In this document: piece by piece, positions 35,339-44,393 of the stretch
Numbering within the stretch: the stretch's first letter is position 1
Layout: each line of letters begins with the position of its first letter
Notes under the pieces: model-generated
The model's database searches: none
What the model saw: only the letters and a program-made list of their open reading frames with translations
What the model was told of the DNA's origin: nothing
DNA from: Chthoniobacterales bacterium
GTDB lineage: Bacteria > Verrucomicrobiota > Verrucomicrobiia > Chthoniobacterales > UBA10450
Reading direction: 5' to 3'
Assembly: GCA_038226905.1 (NCBI GenBank)
Contig: JBBRQE010000001.1
Span: 1,392 to 65,391 of the forward strand
Length of the DNA: 64,000 bases
Translations under genes and position numbers: made by a program

Positions 35339-35884
35339 ATGCAACGTCGGCTCATCGTTGTTACCGCGATTCTGGCGCTGGTGGCAACCGTCTCGCCGGT
35401 GTGCGGCCGGGGATTCCTCGACGATCTGCTTCATCCGTTCGTTCCCGCTCATAAGAAGGCTTCTGCCAAATCCTCGTCACCCCATGCAGCGGGAGAGATC
35501 GTGTGGAGCGGCTTGGTCATGGCAGATAACGAGCAAAATCCACGACCGGTCGCCTCAGAACTGGCTGGTCTCGAGCCAACCTTAAAAGAACTGTTCGGGT
35601 ATAACCATTTCGAAGTCATCGGCCAATCGCGCAAGACCCTCGTCAACGGCGAGGAAGATTGGCTGGCTTCGAGCAAACACTTCGCCCTGATGGTCGATGC
35701 GCAGGGTCCCAGTGATGGCGGTTATCTCGTGAATTTGAAACTGGTCCAGCGGGACAACAGCAATCCGCCGGCCGATCAACTCGTTCTCGAGACCGCCACT
35801 AAGCTCAGCAAGCGCAGCCCTCTCGTCATCAAGGGTCCTCAGATCGGAAACGGTCAGCTCCTCCTCGTCCTCGTCGTGCAATAA
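35339..35884 (+). CDS. Secreted hypothetical protein
   Basis: 181 aa. Signal peptide MQRRLIVVTAILALVATVSPVCG. Starts 8 nt after the anti-sigma gene. Confidence 0.45.
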   Translation: MQRRLIVVTAILALVATVSPVCGRGFLDDLLHPFVPAHKKASAKSSSPHAAGEIVWSGLVMADNEQNPRPVASELAGLEPTLKELFGYNHFEVIGQSRKTLVNGEEDWLASSKHFALMVDAQGPSDGGYLVNLKLVQRDNSNPPADQLVLETATKLSKRSPLVIKGPQIGNGQLLLVLVVQ

Positions 35885-35931
35885 CGGCGGCCGCACCGGA
35901 CAAGAACGGCAGATGCAATCAGCCTCATCCG

Positions 35932-38604
35932 TTGTTTAGTGGCGGAATGCGATTTTCGCCCCGCGCTCTTCTCGCGCTCGTCTTCTTCAACCTCCTTGCG
36001 GCCATGCATGCAGAAAAACCGTTCGATTTCGAATCCACCCCGGGGAAACTGCCCAAACAAGTTGTCCCGACGGACTACGACATCCGTATCGTTCCGAGGC
36101 TCGACAAATTTTCCTTTACTGGCACGGAGACGGTAAAGCTCGAGGTGAAGGCGCCCGTCCACGAGGTCGTGTTAAATGTCCTCGAGCTGGAGGTCAGTGC
36201 AGCCTCCATCGATGGTAAAGCGCTGCCTAAAACCGCTATCCGGATCGATCGGCCTAACGAGCTTCTCACTCTGACTCTGACGGAGAACCTCCCGCCGGGA
36301 GAACACACTGTGACCCTCGCGTTCTCCGGTAAGATTAACGAACAAGGCCAGGGCTTGTTCTATGCCCCCTACCAGGAACAGGGGACCGGCGCAAAGAAGG
36401 TCATGCTCGGAACACAGTTCGAAGCCACGGACGCGCGGCGTCTCTTTCCCTGCTGGGACGAACCCAGCTTCCGCGCGCGCTTTCAGCTGACCGCCGTGGT
36501 CCCGGAAAATTGGCTGGCCGTTTCCAACATGCCGATCGAGAGCGAAACGAAGGTCAAGAATGGGAAGGAAGTTCGCTTCGGCCGAACGCCATCCATGTCG
36601 AGCTATCTCAATGTCTTCGTGGCGGGAGAACTCGACCTCATTGAAACGAAGAGCCAGGGAGTGCAAATCCGCGTCATCACCACCAAAGGAAAAGCGGAAT
36701 CAGGCCGCTACGCTTTGGAGAGCTCGGTCAAGTTGCTTGGCTATTACAATGACTACTTCGGCGTGCCCTATCCCCTGCCCAAACTCGATCAGATCGCCGT
36801 GCCCGGAGGCTTCGGAGGCGCCATGGAAAACTGGGGAGGCATTATCTACTACGAGAGCACGCTTCTCTTCGACCCCACCACCACTTCGGATGGCGCCAAA
36901 CAGGATATTTTCGCTGTCCTGGCCCATGAAATGGCCCACATGTGGTTCGGGGATCTCGTCACCATGGGATGGTGGGATAATCTTTGGCTGAACGAAGGAT
37001 TCGCCTCCTGGATGGGAACCAAATCCACCGCCTCGTTCAATCCGCAGTGGGAGGTATGGCTTCACAAAAATGTCCCACGCAATCCCACCCGGCGCAGCGG
37101 CATTGCCAAGGAGCAGGCCATGGAAGGAGACATGCGCTCTACCACTCATTCGATCCAGCAGCCCGTGGCCACCGAGGCCGAAGCCAACAGCGCTTTTGAC
37201 GATATCACCTACCAAAAAGGTCAGTCTTTCATTCGCATGCTTGAGAGTTTTCTCGGTGAAGATCCATTTCGCGACGGGATTCGCCGTTACATGGCCGCCC
37301 ACAAGTATTCAAACACGACCACGACGGATCTTTGGCAAGCGTTGAGCGAAGCATCGGGCAAACCGGTCAGCGCGCTCGCCTCCGGCTGGGTGCAACAACC
37401 GGGCTTCCCCTTCATCGAGGTTAAGCGCGAAGACGACCGCACCTTGCTCCGGCAGGAACGCCTGACCGTAAATTACAAAAATGCCCCCGCCCTTCTCTGG
37501 CAGATACCCCTCACCTATGGCGTGGTCGGGGTCGATCAGCCGCAATCTCGTTTGATGACCGGGGCCACCGAGGTAATCGAGCGGCATCCACCCGAGGCCA
37601 TTTTGAAACTGAACGTGCACGGCGCGGGCAACTATCGCGTGCAGTACGACGACAAGTCGTGGGACCTGCTCCTCAATTCGCTGCCGCAATTGAAGGTAGA
37701 GGACCGGGTCAACCTCTTGAGCGACGAATGGGCCCTCGTTCAAGCCGATCGTTCCCCCCTTTCCCGTTATCTGCACCTGGTCGAAGCCCTCCCCTCCGCC
37801 ACCGAGCTGGCCGAACGCGATCAGGTCATCAATGCCTTCGATTTTACCAATCGACTGCTGGTGGGAGCAGCCGGCCGGGAGAAATTCCAACGCTACGCGC
37901 GCTCCATTCTGCGCCCCAGTTTCGATGCTCTCGGTTGGGATCCCAAGCCTAACGAACCGGCCAGGCTATCCAGTCTGCGGGCCAGCCTGATCGCGGCGCT
38001 CGGCTACCTGAACGATCCCGGCATCATGGCCGGTTGCCATGATCGTTTTGAAAAATCTCTGGATGATCCGACCCTCATCCTGCCCGACCTGCGTCCTTCC
38101 ATTCTCCTCGTGGTGGGTCGTTACGCCGACGAGGCGACTTGGGACAAGATTCACCAGCTGGGCCTGGCCACCACCAATATCGGGGAAAAACAAAACTACT
38201 TCGACGCGCTGGCCTGCGCGACCGAGCCGGCTTTGATTAAGAAGACTCTGCAGATTGCGCTGACCCGTGAACTGCCCACCAGTCGCGCCGTCTTCCTCGT
38301 CGGAAAAGTTGCCCGGCAAAGCGATCACCCCGAGATGGCCTGGCAGTTCGCCCGGGAAAATATGAAGGCTCTCTTGCAAAAGACCGACGCCCTCGAGGCC
38401 CAAAGCTACGCGCCCAGTCTGTTCACCTTTTTCACCGACCGCGCGCGAATCGACGAGCTCAAGGCTTATGCCGTAGCCCATCTCCCGAAAGCCAGCGCCA
38501 AAGAGGTGGCCAAGGCGGTTGACGAAATTGAAATACGCGCGGAGTTGAAGAGTCGGTTAGAGCGACAGTTCGCCGCCTGGACTGAGAACCGCAAGAAGAC
38601 TTAG
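35932..38604 (+). CDS. pepN: M1-family aminopeptidase N with signal peptide
   Basis: GAMENWG exopeptidase motif, HEMAHMWFGDLVTMGWWDNLWLNEGFA (HExxH-x18-E), ERAP1-like C-terminal domain. The likely true start is ATG 35947 (MRFSPRALLALVFFNLLAAMHA). Confidence 0.9.
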   Translation: MFSGGMRFSPRALLALVFFNLLAAMHAEKPFDFESTPGKLPKQVVPTDYDIRIVPRLDKFSFTGTETVKLEVKAPVHEVVLNVLELEVSAASIDGKALPKTAIRIDRPNELLTLTLTENLPPGEHTVTLAFSGKINEQGQGLFYAPYQEQGTGAKKVMLGTQFEATDARRLFPCWDEPSFRARFQLTAVVPENWLAVSNMPIESETKVKNGKEVRFGRTPSMSSYLNVFVAGELDLIETKSQGVQIRVITTKGKAESGRYALESSVKLLGYYNDYFGVPYPLPKLDQIAVPGGFGGAMENWGGIIYYESTLLFDPTTTSDGAKQDIFAVLAHEMAHMWFGDLVTMGWWDNLWLNEGFASWMGTKSTASFNPQWEVWLHKNVPRNPTRRSGIAKEQAMEGDMRSTTHSIQQPVATEAEANSAFDDITYQKGQSFIRMLESFLGEDPFRDGIRRYMAAHKYSNTTTTDLWQALSEASGKPVSALASGWVQQPGFPFIEVKREDDRTLLRQERLTVNYKNAPALLWQIPLTYGVVGVDQPQSRLMTGATEVIERHPPEAILKLNVHGAGNYRVQYDDKSWDLLLNSLPQLKVEDRVNLLSDEWALVQADRSPLSRYLHLVEALPSATELAERDQVINAFDFTNRLLVGAAGREKFQRYARSILRPSFDALGWDPKPNEPARLSSLRASLIAALGYLNDPGIMAGCHDRFEKSLDDPTLILPDLRPSILLVVGRYADEATWDKIHQLGLATTNIGEKQNYFDALACATEPALIKKTLQIALTRELPTSRAVFLVGKVARQSDHPEMAWQFARENMKALLQKTDALEAQSYAPSLFTFFTDRARIDELKAYAVAHLPKASAKEVAKAVDEIEIRAELKSRLERQFAAWTENRKKT

Positions 38605-38610
38605 CGCCGC

Positions 38611-39099
38611 TTAAAGCGTGGTCTCGGCTTCCCCGCTCGATGTCGTTATAAACAGGCGCATCGGCATCATGGACGATTCCACGAATCCATGGCGTCGGAA
38701 GAAATTCTGCGAACGAAGCTCCGGCCGATCGGTCAGCAGGGTGATCCGCAAAAAATGCTTCTGTTTAGCAAAGTTGATCGCGTACTCCAGCAAATCCGAT
38801 CCATAACCATGGTCCCGATAGTCTTTGTGCACCACCAGGTCCTCCAGCAGAATGACGAAACCACCCTCAGCCGTGCTAATCGTAAAGAGGAGATTGATCG
38901 TCCCGACGATGACGTTATCTCGCCGCAGCACAAACACACGGCCTCGATTCGGCTGCTCAAAGATAAGGCGGAGACCGCGCAACTGCTTGTCCTTGTTCGG
39001 CCGGAAATCGCTCTCCTCGCTGAAGAGTTCGGCCAGCAAATCGGACAGTTCGTCCAAATCTGCCTCCGTGGCCGGCTCAATGATCACTTTCTCGCTCAC
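38611..39099 (-). CDS. GNAT family N-acetyltransferase
   Basis: 162 aa. VVHKDYRDHGYGSDLLEYAINFAK (Q/RxxGxG/A-type acetyl-CoA loop), C-terminal FFRRHGF. Confidence 0.75.
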   Translation of the reverse strand: MSEKVIIEPATEADLDELSDLLAELFSEESDFRPNKDKQLRGLRLIFEQPNRGRVFVLRRDNVIVGTINLLFTISTAEGGFVILLEDLVVHKDYRDHGYGSDLLEYAINFAKQKHFLRITLLTDRPELRSQNFFRRHGFVESSMMPMRLFITTSSGEAETTL

Positions 39100-39236
39100 C
39101 CGAGCCTTTTATTTCAGAAACGGAAGACGCTGGCAATCGGCGTTTCGCGGCGGAACAATTTGACCCCGCGCCGAATTGACAACGCGCTCAAGCTCCCTAA
39201 CCTACGAACTCCCTTCCGTCTGACGCGGAGACTAAT

Positions 39237-39410
39237 ATGAAACGCACATTCCAGCCCTCCAAACGCACACGCAAGCAGCAGCACGGATTTCGTGCCCGCA
39301 TGAGCACAAAAGGTGGACGTGCAACCCTGGCTCGCCGCCGTCAACGCGGCCGTAAACGCCTCCTGCCCAAGGGCGTCGAGAAACATTTCGCCCGGCACAC
39401 CCAAGCCTAG
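39237..39410 (+). CDS. rpmH: 50S ribosomal protein L34 (with a ~12-aa C-terminal extension)
   Basis: 57 aa, below the track cut-off. [57 protein letters not shown]. Confidence 0.85.
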   Translation: MKRTFQPSKRTRKQQHGFRARMSTKGGRATLARRRQRGRKRLLPKGVEKHFARHTQA

Positions 39411-39579
39411 GCCGGAACCCCTCGCCGCAGCCGACTTGCTGCGCTCCGGCCAAGGAAAACCATTGGTCGGGTGGCTCCCCTGCGCATTTTTCCGCCTTGC
39501 AGATAATGTTTGCCGGATAAGATTGGGAACCCGGCGGGAGCAGACTTCTGGGCAACGCCGTCATTCTAAATCTTAAAAC

Positions 39580-39652
39580 GCACCGCTAGCTCAATTGGCA
39601 GAGCAAGTGACTCTTAATCACTGGGTTGTTGGTTCGATTCCAACGCGGTGCA
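39580..39652 (+). tRNA. tRNA-Lys (anticodon CTT)
   Basis: Acceptor stem GCACCGC/GCGGTGC, D-arm AGCTCAATTGGCAGAGC, anticodon stem AGTGA/TCACT with loop CTCTTAA, T-arm GTTGG-TTCGATT-CCAAC, discriminator A. CCA is not encoded. Confidence 0.85.
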
Positions 39653-39692
39653 CTTCATCTTGAACTCGACGCCGTCAGTTTCCGCTAAACAG

Positions 39693-40628
39693 GTGGTACT
39701 GTTCTATCGCGATTTTCGAGGTTTCAGCGGCGGACATCTCAAGGTTTGGGATTACTTTGGGCATACCGCTTCCTCTCCACTCTGCGACGCCCGTGTTGCT
39801 TTTTCCGCCGAGTCCCGATGGGACGCCTCCAATCCGTGGCTAACATCGCGTGAGGCCGTCGTTCCGTGGGATCCGGCCGGGGCGGACATTCTGTTTTTGG
39901 CGGGGACAGATTGGCGCGCCCTTCCCGGCGAGTTCCGATCAAATTCGAGAGTTCCTATCATCAATTTGATTCAGCATCCGCGACATGCCGAACAGGGCAC
40001 TGAACTGAGAGACTTCCTGAAGCGGCGCGCCATTCGCATCTGTGTGAGCGAAGAAGTTGCGCAGGCTATCAAGGCGACGGGCGACGTGAACGGACCGGTC
40101 TTCACCATTCCCAATGCGGTAACTCCCCCGTCCTCTCCGGTGGTCGCATCGTTCGCAGAGCGCGCGACCGATCTTTTGATCTGCGGATTGAAAGCACCCG
40201 AACTGGCACACAAGGCTTATCAACAATTCGCCGGCAACACGGAGAAGGTCCGCCGGCTGATAGGCTGGATTCCGCGCGAGGAATATCTGGCGCAACTGGC
40301 CAATGCCAAAGTGGCCCTGTTCCTCCCGCGCCCCAGCGAGGGTTTTTACCTGCCCGCCCTGGAAGGGATGGCCTGCGGGGCAATCGTGGTCTGCCCCGAT
40401 TGCGTAGGCAATCGCAGCTTTTGCCTCGATGGGGTGAACTGTTTTCGCCCTTCCTACGACGCGGATTCGATCATCAGCGCAGCCCGCACCGCGTTGCAGC
40501 AAAAAGAGACGGAACGGGAGGGCATGCTGGCGAGAGCGCAAGAGACTTTCCGTTCGCATTCGATGGAAAACGAACGGGCGAGCTTCCTGGGAATTCTGGA
40601 TCGCATCGACGAGCTCTGGTCGAACTGA
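39693..40628 (+). CDS. Glycosyltransferase family 4 (GT-B, retaining type)
   Basis: The ORF is open from GTG 39648, inside the tRNA. GTG 39693 (VVLFYRDF) avoids the overlap. Has the E-x7-E motif EGFYLPALEGMACGAIVVCPD. Confidence 0.65.
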   Translation: MVLFYRDFRGFSGGHLKVWDYFGHTASSPLCDARVAFSAESRWDASNPWLTSREAVVPWDPAGADILFLAGTDWRALPGEFRSNSRVPIINLIQHPRHAEQGTELRDFLKRRAIRICVSEEVAQAIKATGDVNGPVFTIPNAVTPPSSPVVASFAERATDLLICGLKAPELAHKAYQQFAGNTEKVRRLIGWIPREEYLAQLANAKVALFLPRPSEGFYLPALEGMACGAIVVCPDCVGNRSFCLDGVNCFRPSYDADSIISAARTALQQKETEREGMLARAQETFRSHSMENERASFLGILDRIDELWSN

Positions 40629-40636
40629 CGGCCGCG

Positions 40637-41563
40637 ATGGATTTCTACGCGCGCGCGGAGCTATCTTGCGCGGCTGGAAGCCTCATGGTAGTCAGCGCCA
40701 TGCGTAACGTGCTCATCACTGGCACGCCTCGATCGGGCACCACTCTCTTCTGTTCGCTCCTGAACAAGGTGCCGGACGTGGTGGCGTTGCACGAGCCGAT
40801 GAATGTCTGGGAATTCCCGGAATGCAAAAGCGCGGAGGCCGCGGCCGATGTGATTGAGCGGTTCTGCGGAGAAACGCGGACCTCCTTGCACGAGCACGGT
40901 TACGCCATGTCCAAACATGTCGCCGGCAAGGTGCCGGACAACGTGGCGGCCGATCAAGTCAACCAGAAGGGAACAAGATTGCGGCACACGGAACATGGCA
41001 AGGTCCTAGTGGAGAAGCCGCTTTCGCCGAATTTCGATCTGGCCATCAAACATCCGGTGGCCTTTACCGCTTTGCTCGAAACGCTGTCGAAACGCTTCGA
41101 GTGTTACGCCATTATTCGCAACCCTTTGGCCACCCTTGCCTCCTGGAACAGCCTCGCCTGGCTCAATGTCAAAAATGGTCACGCTCCCATCGGCGAAAAA
41201 TTGGACGCCGATTTGCGCCGCGAACTCGCCGCCCAGCCGGACGCGATTGAGCGTCAACTGCATATTCTGGAATGGTTTTATAGACGGTTCCGAACCTTCC
41301 TGCCTGACCGTTCCATGGTAAAATACGAGGACCTGATCGCTTCGCGCGGAAAAGAGCTGGCCCGCTTTTTCCCGGGAGCCTCCGCGCTCGATGAAAATCT
41401 GAGTTCCAAAAACGTCAACAAGTTTTACGACCGGCCTCTCATGCTGAACTTGGGCGAACGACTGCTGGCCCGGTCGGGCATCGTTTGGGATTATTACCAA
41501 AAGAGCGATGTCGAAAAACTGATGGCAGAAGTAGAGTCAGCTTCCACTGCCGAAACTTTGTAG
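40637..41563 (+). CDS. Sulfotransferase family protein
   Basis: PAPS 5'-phosphosulfate loop ITGTPRSGTTL and 3'-phosphate motif IIRNPLATLASW. Alternative ATGs at 40685 and 40700. Starts 8 nt after the GT4 stop. Confidence 0.7.
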   Translation: MDFYARAELSCAAGSLMVVSAMRNVLITGTPRSGTTLFCSLLNKVPDVVALHEPMNVWEFPECKSAEAAADVIERFCGETRTSLHEHGYAMSKHVAGKVPDNVAADQVNQKGTRLRHTEHGKVLVEKPLSPNFDLAIKHPVAFTALLETLSKRFECYAIIRNPLATLASWNSLAWLNVKNGHAPIGEKLDADLRRELAAQPDAIERQLHILEWFYRRFRTFLPDRSMVKYEDLIASRGKELARFFPGASALDENLSSKNVNKFYDRPLMLNLGERLLARSGIVWDYYQKSDVEKLMAEVESASTAETL

Positions 41564-41698
41564 CGCCAGGCTTCCACAAACCTGGGCGAGGGTGAGGAAA
41601 TCGATCAGGAGTAGTAGCATGATCAAGAGCAGGATTCTTAATCCAGTAAATCCCGTTAATCCTGTCTGCCTTTCAGCCCCGTCACTCGCACAAGTGAA

Positions 41699-42388
41699 AT
41701 GAAAGTGTCAATCGTCATTCCCTGCTATAACGAGTGCGCTACGATCGGACAGATTATACGAAGCGTTCGCGCGGCTCCTTTTGATAATTTAGAGATAATC
41801 GTGGTCGACGATTGCTCGACCGACGGGACCGTGGCCCTTTTGCAAACGGAAGTCGGCACCCTGATCGACCGTGTGATTTTTCAGACGCAAAATTCCGGGA
41901 AAGGGGGTGCTCTACGCGCGGGGTTCACGGCTGCTACCGGCGACATCATTCTCGTGCAGGACGCGGATCTGGAGTATGACCCGAAGGACTACGCTTCGCT
42001 GCTCGATCCCATCTTGTCGGGTGCCGCGGACGCCGTCTACGGCTCGCGCTTTATGGGAGGGCGGCCCCATCGCGTCCTCTACTTCTGGCACATGGTGGGC
42101 AACAAGTTTCTTACCCTCCTCTCCAATATGTTTACGAATCTGAACCTGACCGACGTGGAAACCGGATACAAAGCTTTCCGCGCTTCCGTGGTAAAGAATC
42201 TGGATCTGCGGGAGAACGGCTTTGGCTTCGAACCGGAAATCACGGCCAAGCTGGCCCGGACACATTGCCGCATCTACGAGGTGGGCGTTTCCTACAATGG
42301 ACGAACCTATCTGGAAGGGAAAAAAGTGAATTGGAAAGACGGGTTTCGCGCCATCTACGCGATCGTGCGCTACAACCTGTTTCCTTAA
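41699..42388 (+). CDS. Glycosyltransferase family 2 (polyprenol-phosphate glycosyltransferase-like)
   Basis: 229 aa. VSIVIPCYNE, IVVDDCSTDGT, QDADLEYDP (DxD). Confidence 0.85.
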   Translation: MKVSIVIPCYNECATIGQIIRSVRAAPFDNLEIIVVDDCSTDGTVALLQTEVGTLIDRVIFQTQNSGKGGALRAGFTAATGDIILVQDADLEYDPKDYASLLDPILSGAADAVYGSRFMGGRPHRVLYFWHMVGNKFLTLLSNMFTNLNLTDVETGYKAFRASVVKNLDLRENGFGFEPEITAKLARTHCRIYEVGVSYNGRTYLEGKKVNWKDGFRAIYAIVRYNLFP

Positions 42389-42500
42389 GAGGATGCAACC
42401 GTTGCAGTGGCATACGACGCGCATCTTTATTCCGCTGTAGCCACGGCACTCGGTTGCCGTGTCGGGGGAACGCCTCAACGGAGTGAGGGCGGCTATGTTT

Positions 42501-44141
42501 TTATTGATCGAGATATTTTTGCGCGATGGGCATCCTTCGCCCCACCCCGAACGCCCGCGTCGTCACTCTCAGTCCGGGCGGGGCCTGTTGTCGCTTGTAT
42601 TCGTTTAGATCCACCCGGCGCTGCACCCAGCGAACCGTTTCTTCATCGAATCCGCGGCTCATAATGTCGCGCGCACTCAGATTTTCCTCGACATAAAATC
42701 GCAGAATCTCATCGAGTATTTCATAGGGCGGCAGGGCATCCTGGTCTTTCTGGTCCGGTTTTAATTCTGCGCTGGGAGCTTTTTCGAGGGTGGCTTGCGG
42801 AATGATTTCCCGTTCGCGGTTAATCCAGTGCGCGAGTTGATAGACCATCGTTTTCGGGACGTCGCTAATGACAGCCAGTCCGCCCGCCATATCGCCGTAG
42901 ATCGTGCAGTAACCGACCGCCAGTTCGCTTTTGTTTCCGGTCGTCAAAAGGAGATGACCAAACTTGTTAGAAAGCGCCATCAGGATGACGGCGCGAAGTC
43001 GGGACTGCATGTTCTCCTCCGTCGTGTCCTCGGGCAATCCCTTGAACACCTGCCCGAGCCCGGCTTTGACCGCCGAAAAAGCCTCAGTGATCGGGATTTG
43101 GCTGTATCTAATCCCGAGGTTGCGCGCCAGGGCCTCAGCGTCATCCTTGCTCCCTTGGGAAGAGAAGGAACTCGGCATGGAAACGCCGAGCACATTCTCC
43201 ACGCCCAAAGCTGCGGCGGCGATGGCCGCGACAACGGCGGAATCGATTCCACCACTCAAACCCAGGACAGCTGATTGGAAGCCGCATTTCCTGAGATAAT
43301 CGCGCGTGCCGAGCGTCAGGGCCGCCAGCAGATCCTGGGCGGGCGCATTGGATGGGACGGCCGTCACATTTCCTTCGTCCGTATCGACAATCTGTTCCTG
43401 TTCGGTGAAAGACTGAAACTGAGCGATCGGTTCGCCCGACGCATTCACAGCGATGGAATTACCGTCGAAAATCAATTGATCGTTGCCGCCCACCGCGTTG
43501 CAGTAGCAAATCGGACAACGATAAGCCCGGGCCAGGGCTCCCACCATTTCCCGGCGAATCGCCGGTTTGTTCACGCTAAAAGGCGAAGCGCTCAGATTGA
43601 CCAGGATCTCCGCACCTTGTTCGATCAGGCTGCGCACCGGTTCCACATCGTACAAGGGCCGCGGCAGATAATGCTCCGTCCAGATATCTTCGCAGAGAGT
43701 GACGCCGATCTTGCGGCCCTGCACATCGAAAGGCTCGACCTTTGAGGCGGGCTGAAAGTAACGGTCTTCGTCAAAAACGTCGTAGGTCGGCAGGAGTGAC
43801 TTGTAGGCTTTGCGGAGCGGTTTACCGCGCTCGAGCAGAGCGGCCGCGTTGTAGAAAGGCTTACCTAAGCCGTCATTCCGATCAACAAACCCGACGAGCA
43901 ACGCGGCCCGACCCACGCGCTCGTGCAATCGCCGCACGGTTTCAATATTCTCCGGAACGAAGCGCGATTTAAAGAGCAGGTCCTGCGGCGGATATCCCGG
44001 AACGCAAAGCTCCGGGGTCAGAACCAAATCGGCGCCGGCGGCAGCCAACCGCTCGTAGGCGTGGATGATTTTTTCGAAATTACCCGCCAGATCCCCTACG
44101 GTGGGGTTGAGTTGAGCGAAACCTATCTTCATGCCGGCCAA
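42501..44141 (-). CDS. nadE: Glutamine-dependent NAD+ synthetase
   Basis: 546 aa. N-terminal CN-hydrolase (glutaminase) domain plus C-terminal synthetase with the PP-loop GLSGGIDSAV. Confidence 0.9.
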   Translation of the reverse strand: MAGMKIGFAQLNPTVGDLAGNFEKIIHAYERLAAAGADLVLTPELCVPGYPPQDLLFKSRFVPENIETVRRLHERVGRAALLVGFVDRNDGLGKPFYNAAALLERGKPLRKAYKSLLPTYDVFDEDRYFQPASKVEPFDVQGRKIGVTLCEDIWTEHYLPRPLYDVEPVRSLIEQGAEILVNLSASPFSVNKPAIRREMVGALARAYRCPICYCNAVGGNDQLIFDGNSIAVNASGEPIAQFQSFTEQEQIVDTDEGNVTAVPSNAPAQDLLAALTLGTRDYLRKCGFQSAVLGLSGGIDSAVVAAIAAAALGVENVLGVSMPSSFSSQGSKDDAEALARNLGIRYSQIPITEAFSAVKAGLGQVFKGLPEDTTEENMQSRLRAVILMALSNKFGHLLLTTGNKSELAVGYCTIYGDMAGGLAVISDVPKTMVYQLAHWINREREIIPQATLEKAPSAELKPDQKDQDALPPYEILDEILRFYVEENLSARDIMSRGFDEETVRWVQRRVDLNEYKRQQAPPGLRVTTRAFGVGRRMPIAQKYLDQ

Positions 44142-44188
44142 GGCAGGTTATGCGCTGGCTCAAATGCGGCAACGGGTTTCCGAGCACT

Positions 44189-44350
44189 CTAATGCTTAGA
44201 TGTCATCTGAAGAGGGGCATGATGCTCATACCCCTTGTTCAAAGCGTCGTCCGCTCCTTCGATGAACAATTTTCCCCACTCAAAGAGACCAGCGGAGAGA
44301 AAGGCCGCGATCATGCAAAGGATGACTTTTTGCGCGAACGTGGAATGCAT
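44189..44350 (-). CDS. Possible small membrane protein (53 aa)
   Basis: MHSTFAQKVILCMIAAFLSAGLFEWGKLFIEGADDALNKGYEHHAPLQMTSKH. Below the track cut-off, one hydrophobic helix. Fills the gap between the CPBP gene and nadE. Confidence 0.25.
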   Translation of the reverse strand: MHSTFAQKVILCMIAAFLSAGLFEWGKLFIEGADDALNKGYEHHAPLQMTSKH

Positions 44351-44393
44351 AGTCCTGTCCCTAGAGCACGCCTGATGCCAGTGGGGCCCCTCC

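Noticed and set aside
39313-39576. 87-aa ORF overlapping rpmH in another frame and running up to the tRNA.
   Set aside because: The L34 reading frame is unmistakable. The alternative frame has no features and a GTG start inside rpmH.
39580-42388. tRNA-Lys followed by glycan-modification genes, considered as a possible integrated genomic island.
   Set aside because: There is no integrase, no direct repeat of the tRNA 3' end that I could find, and no mobility genes. Composition looks similar to the flanks by eye.
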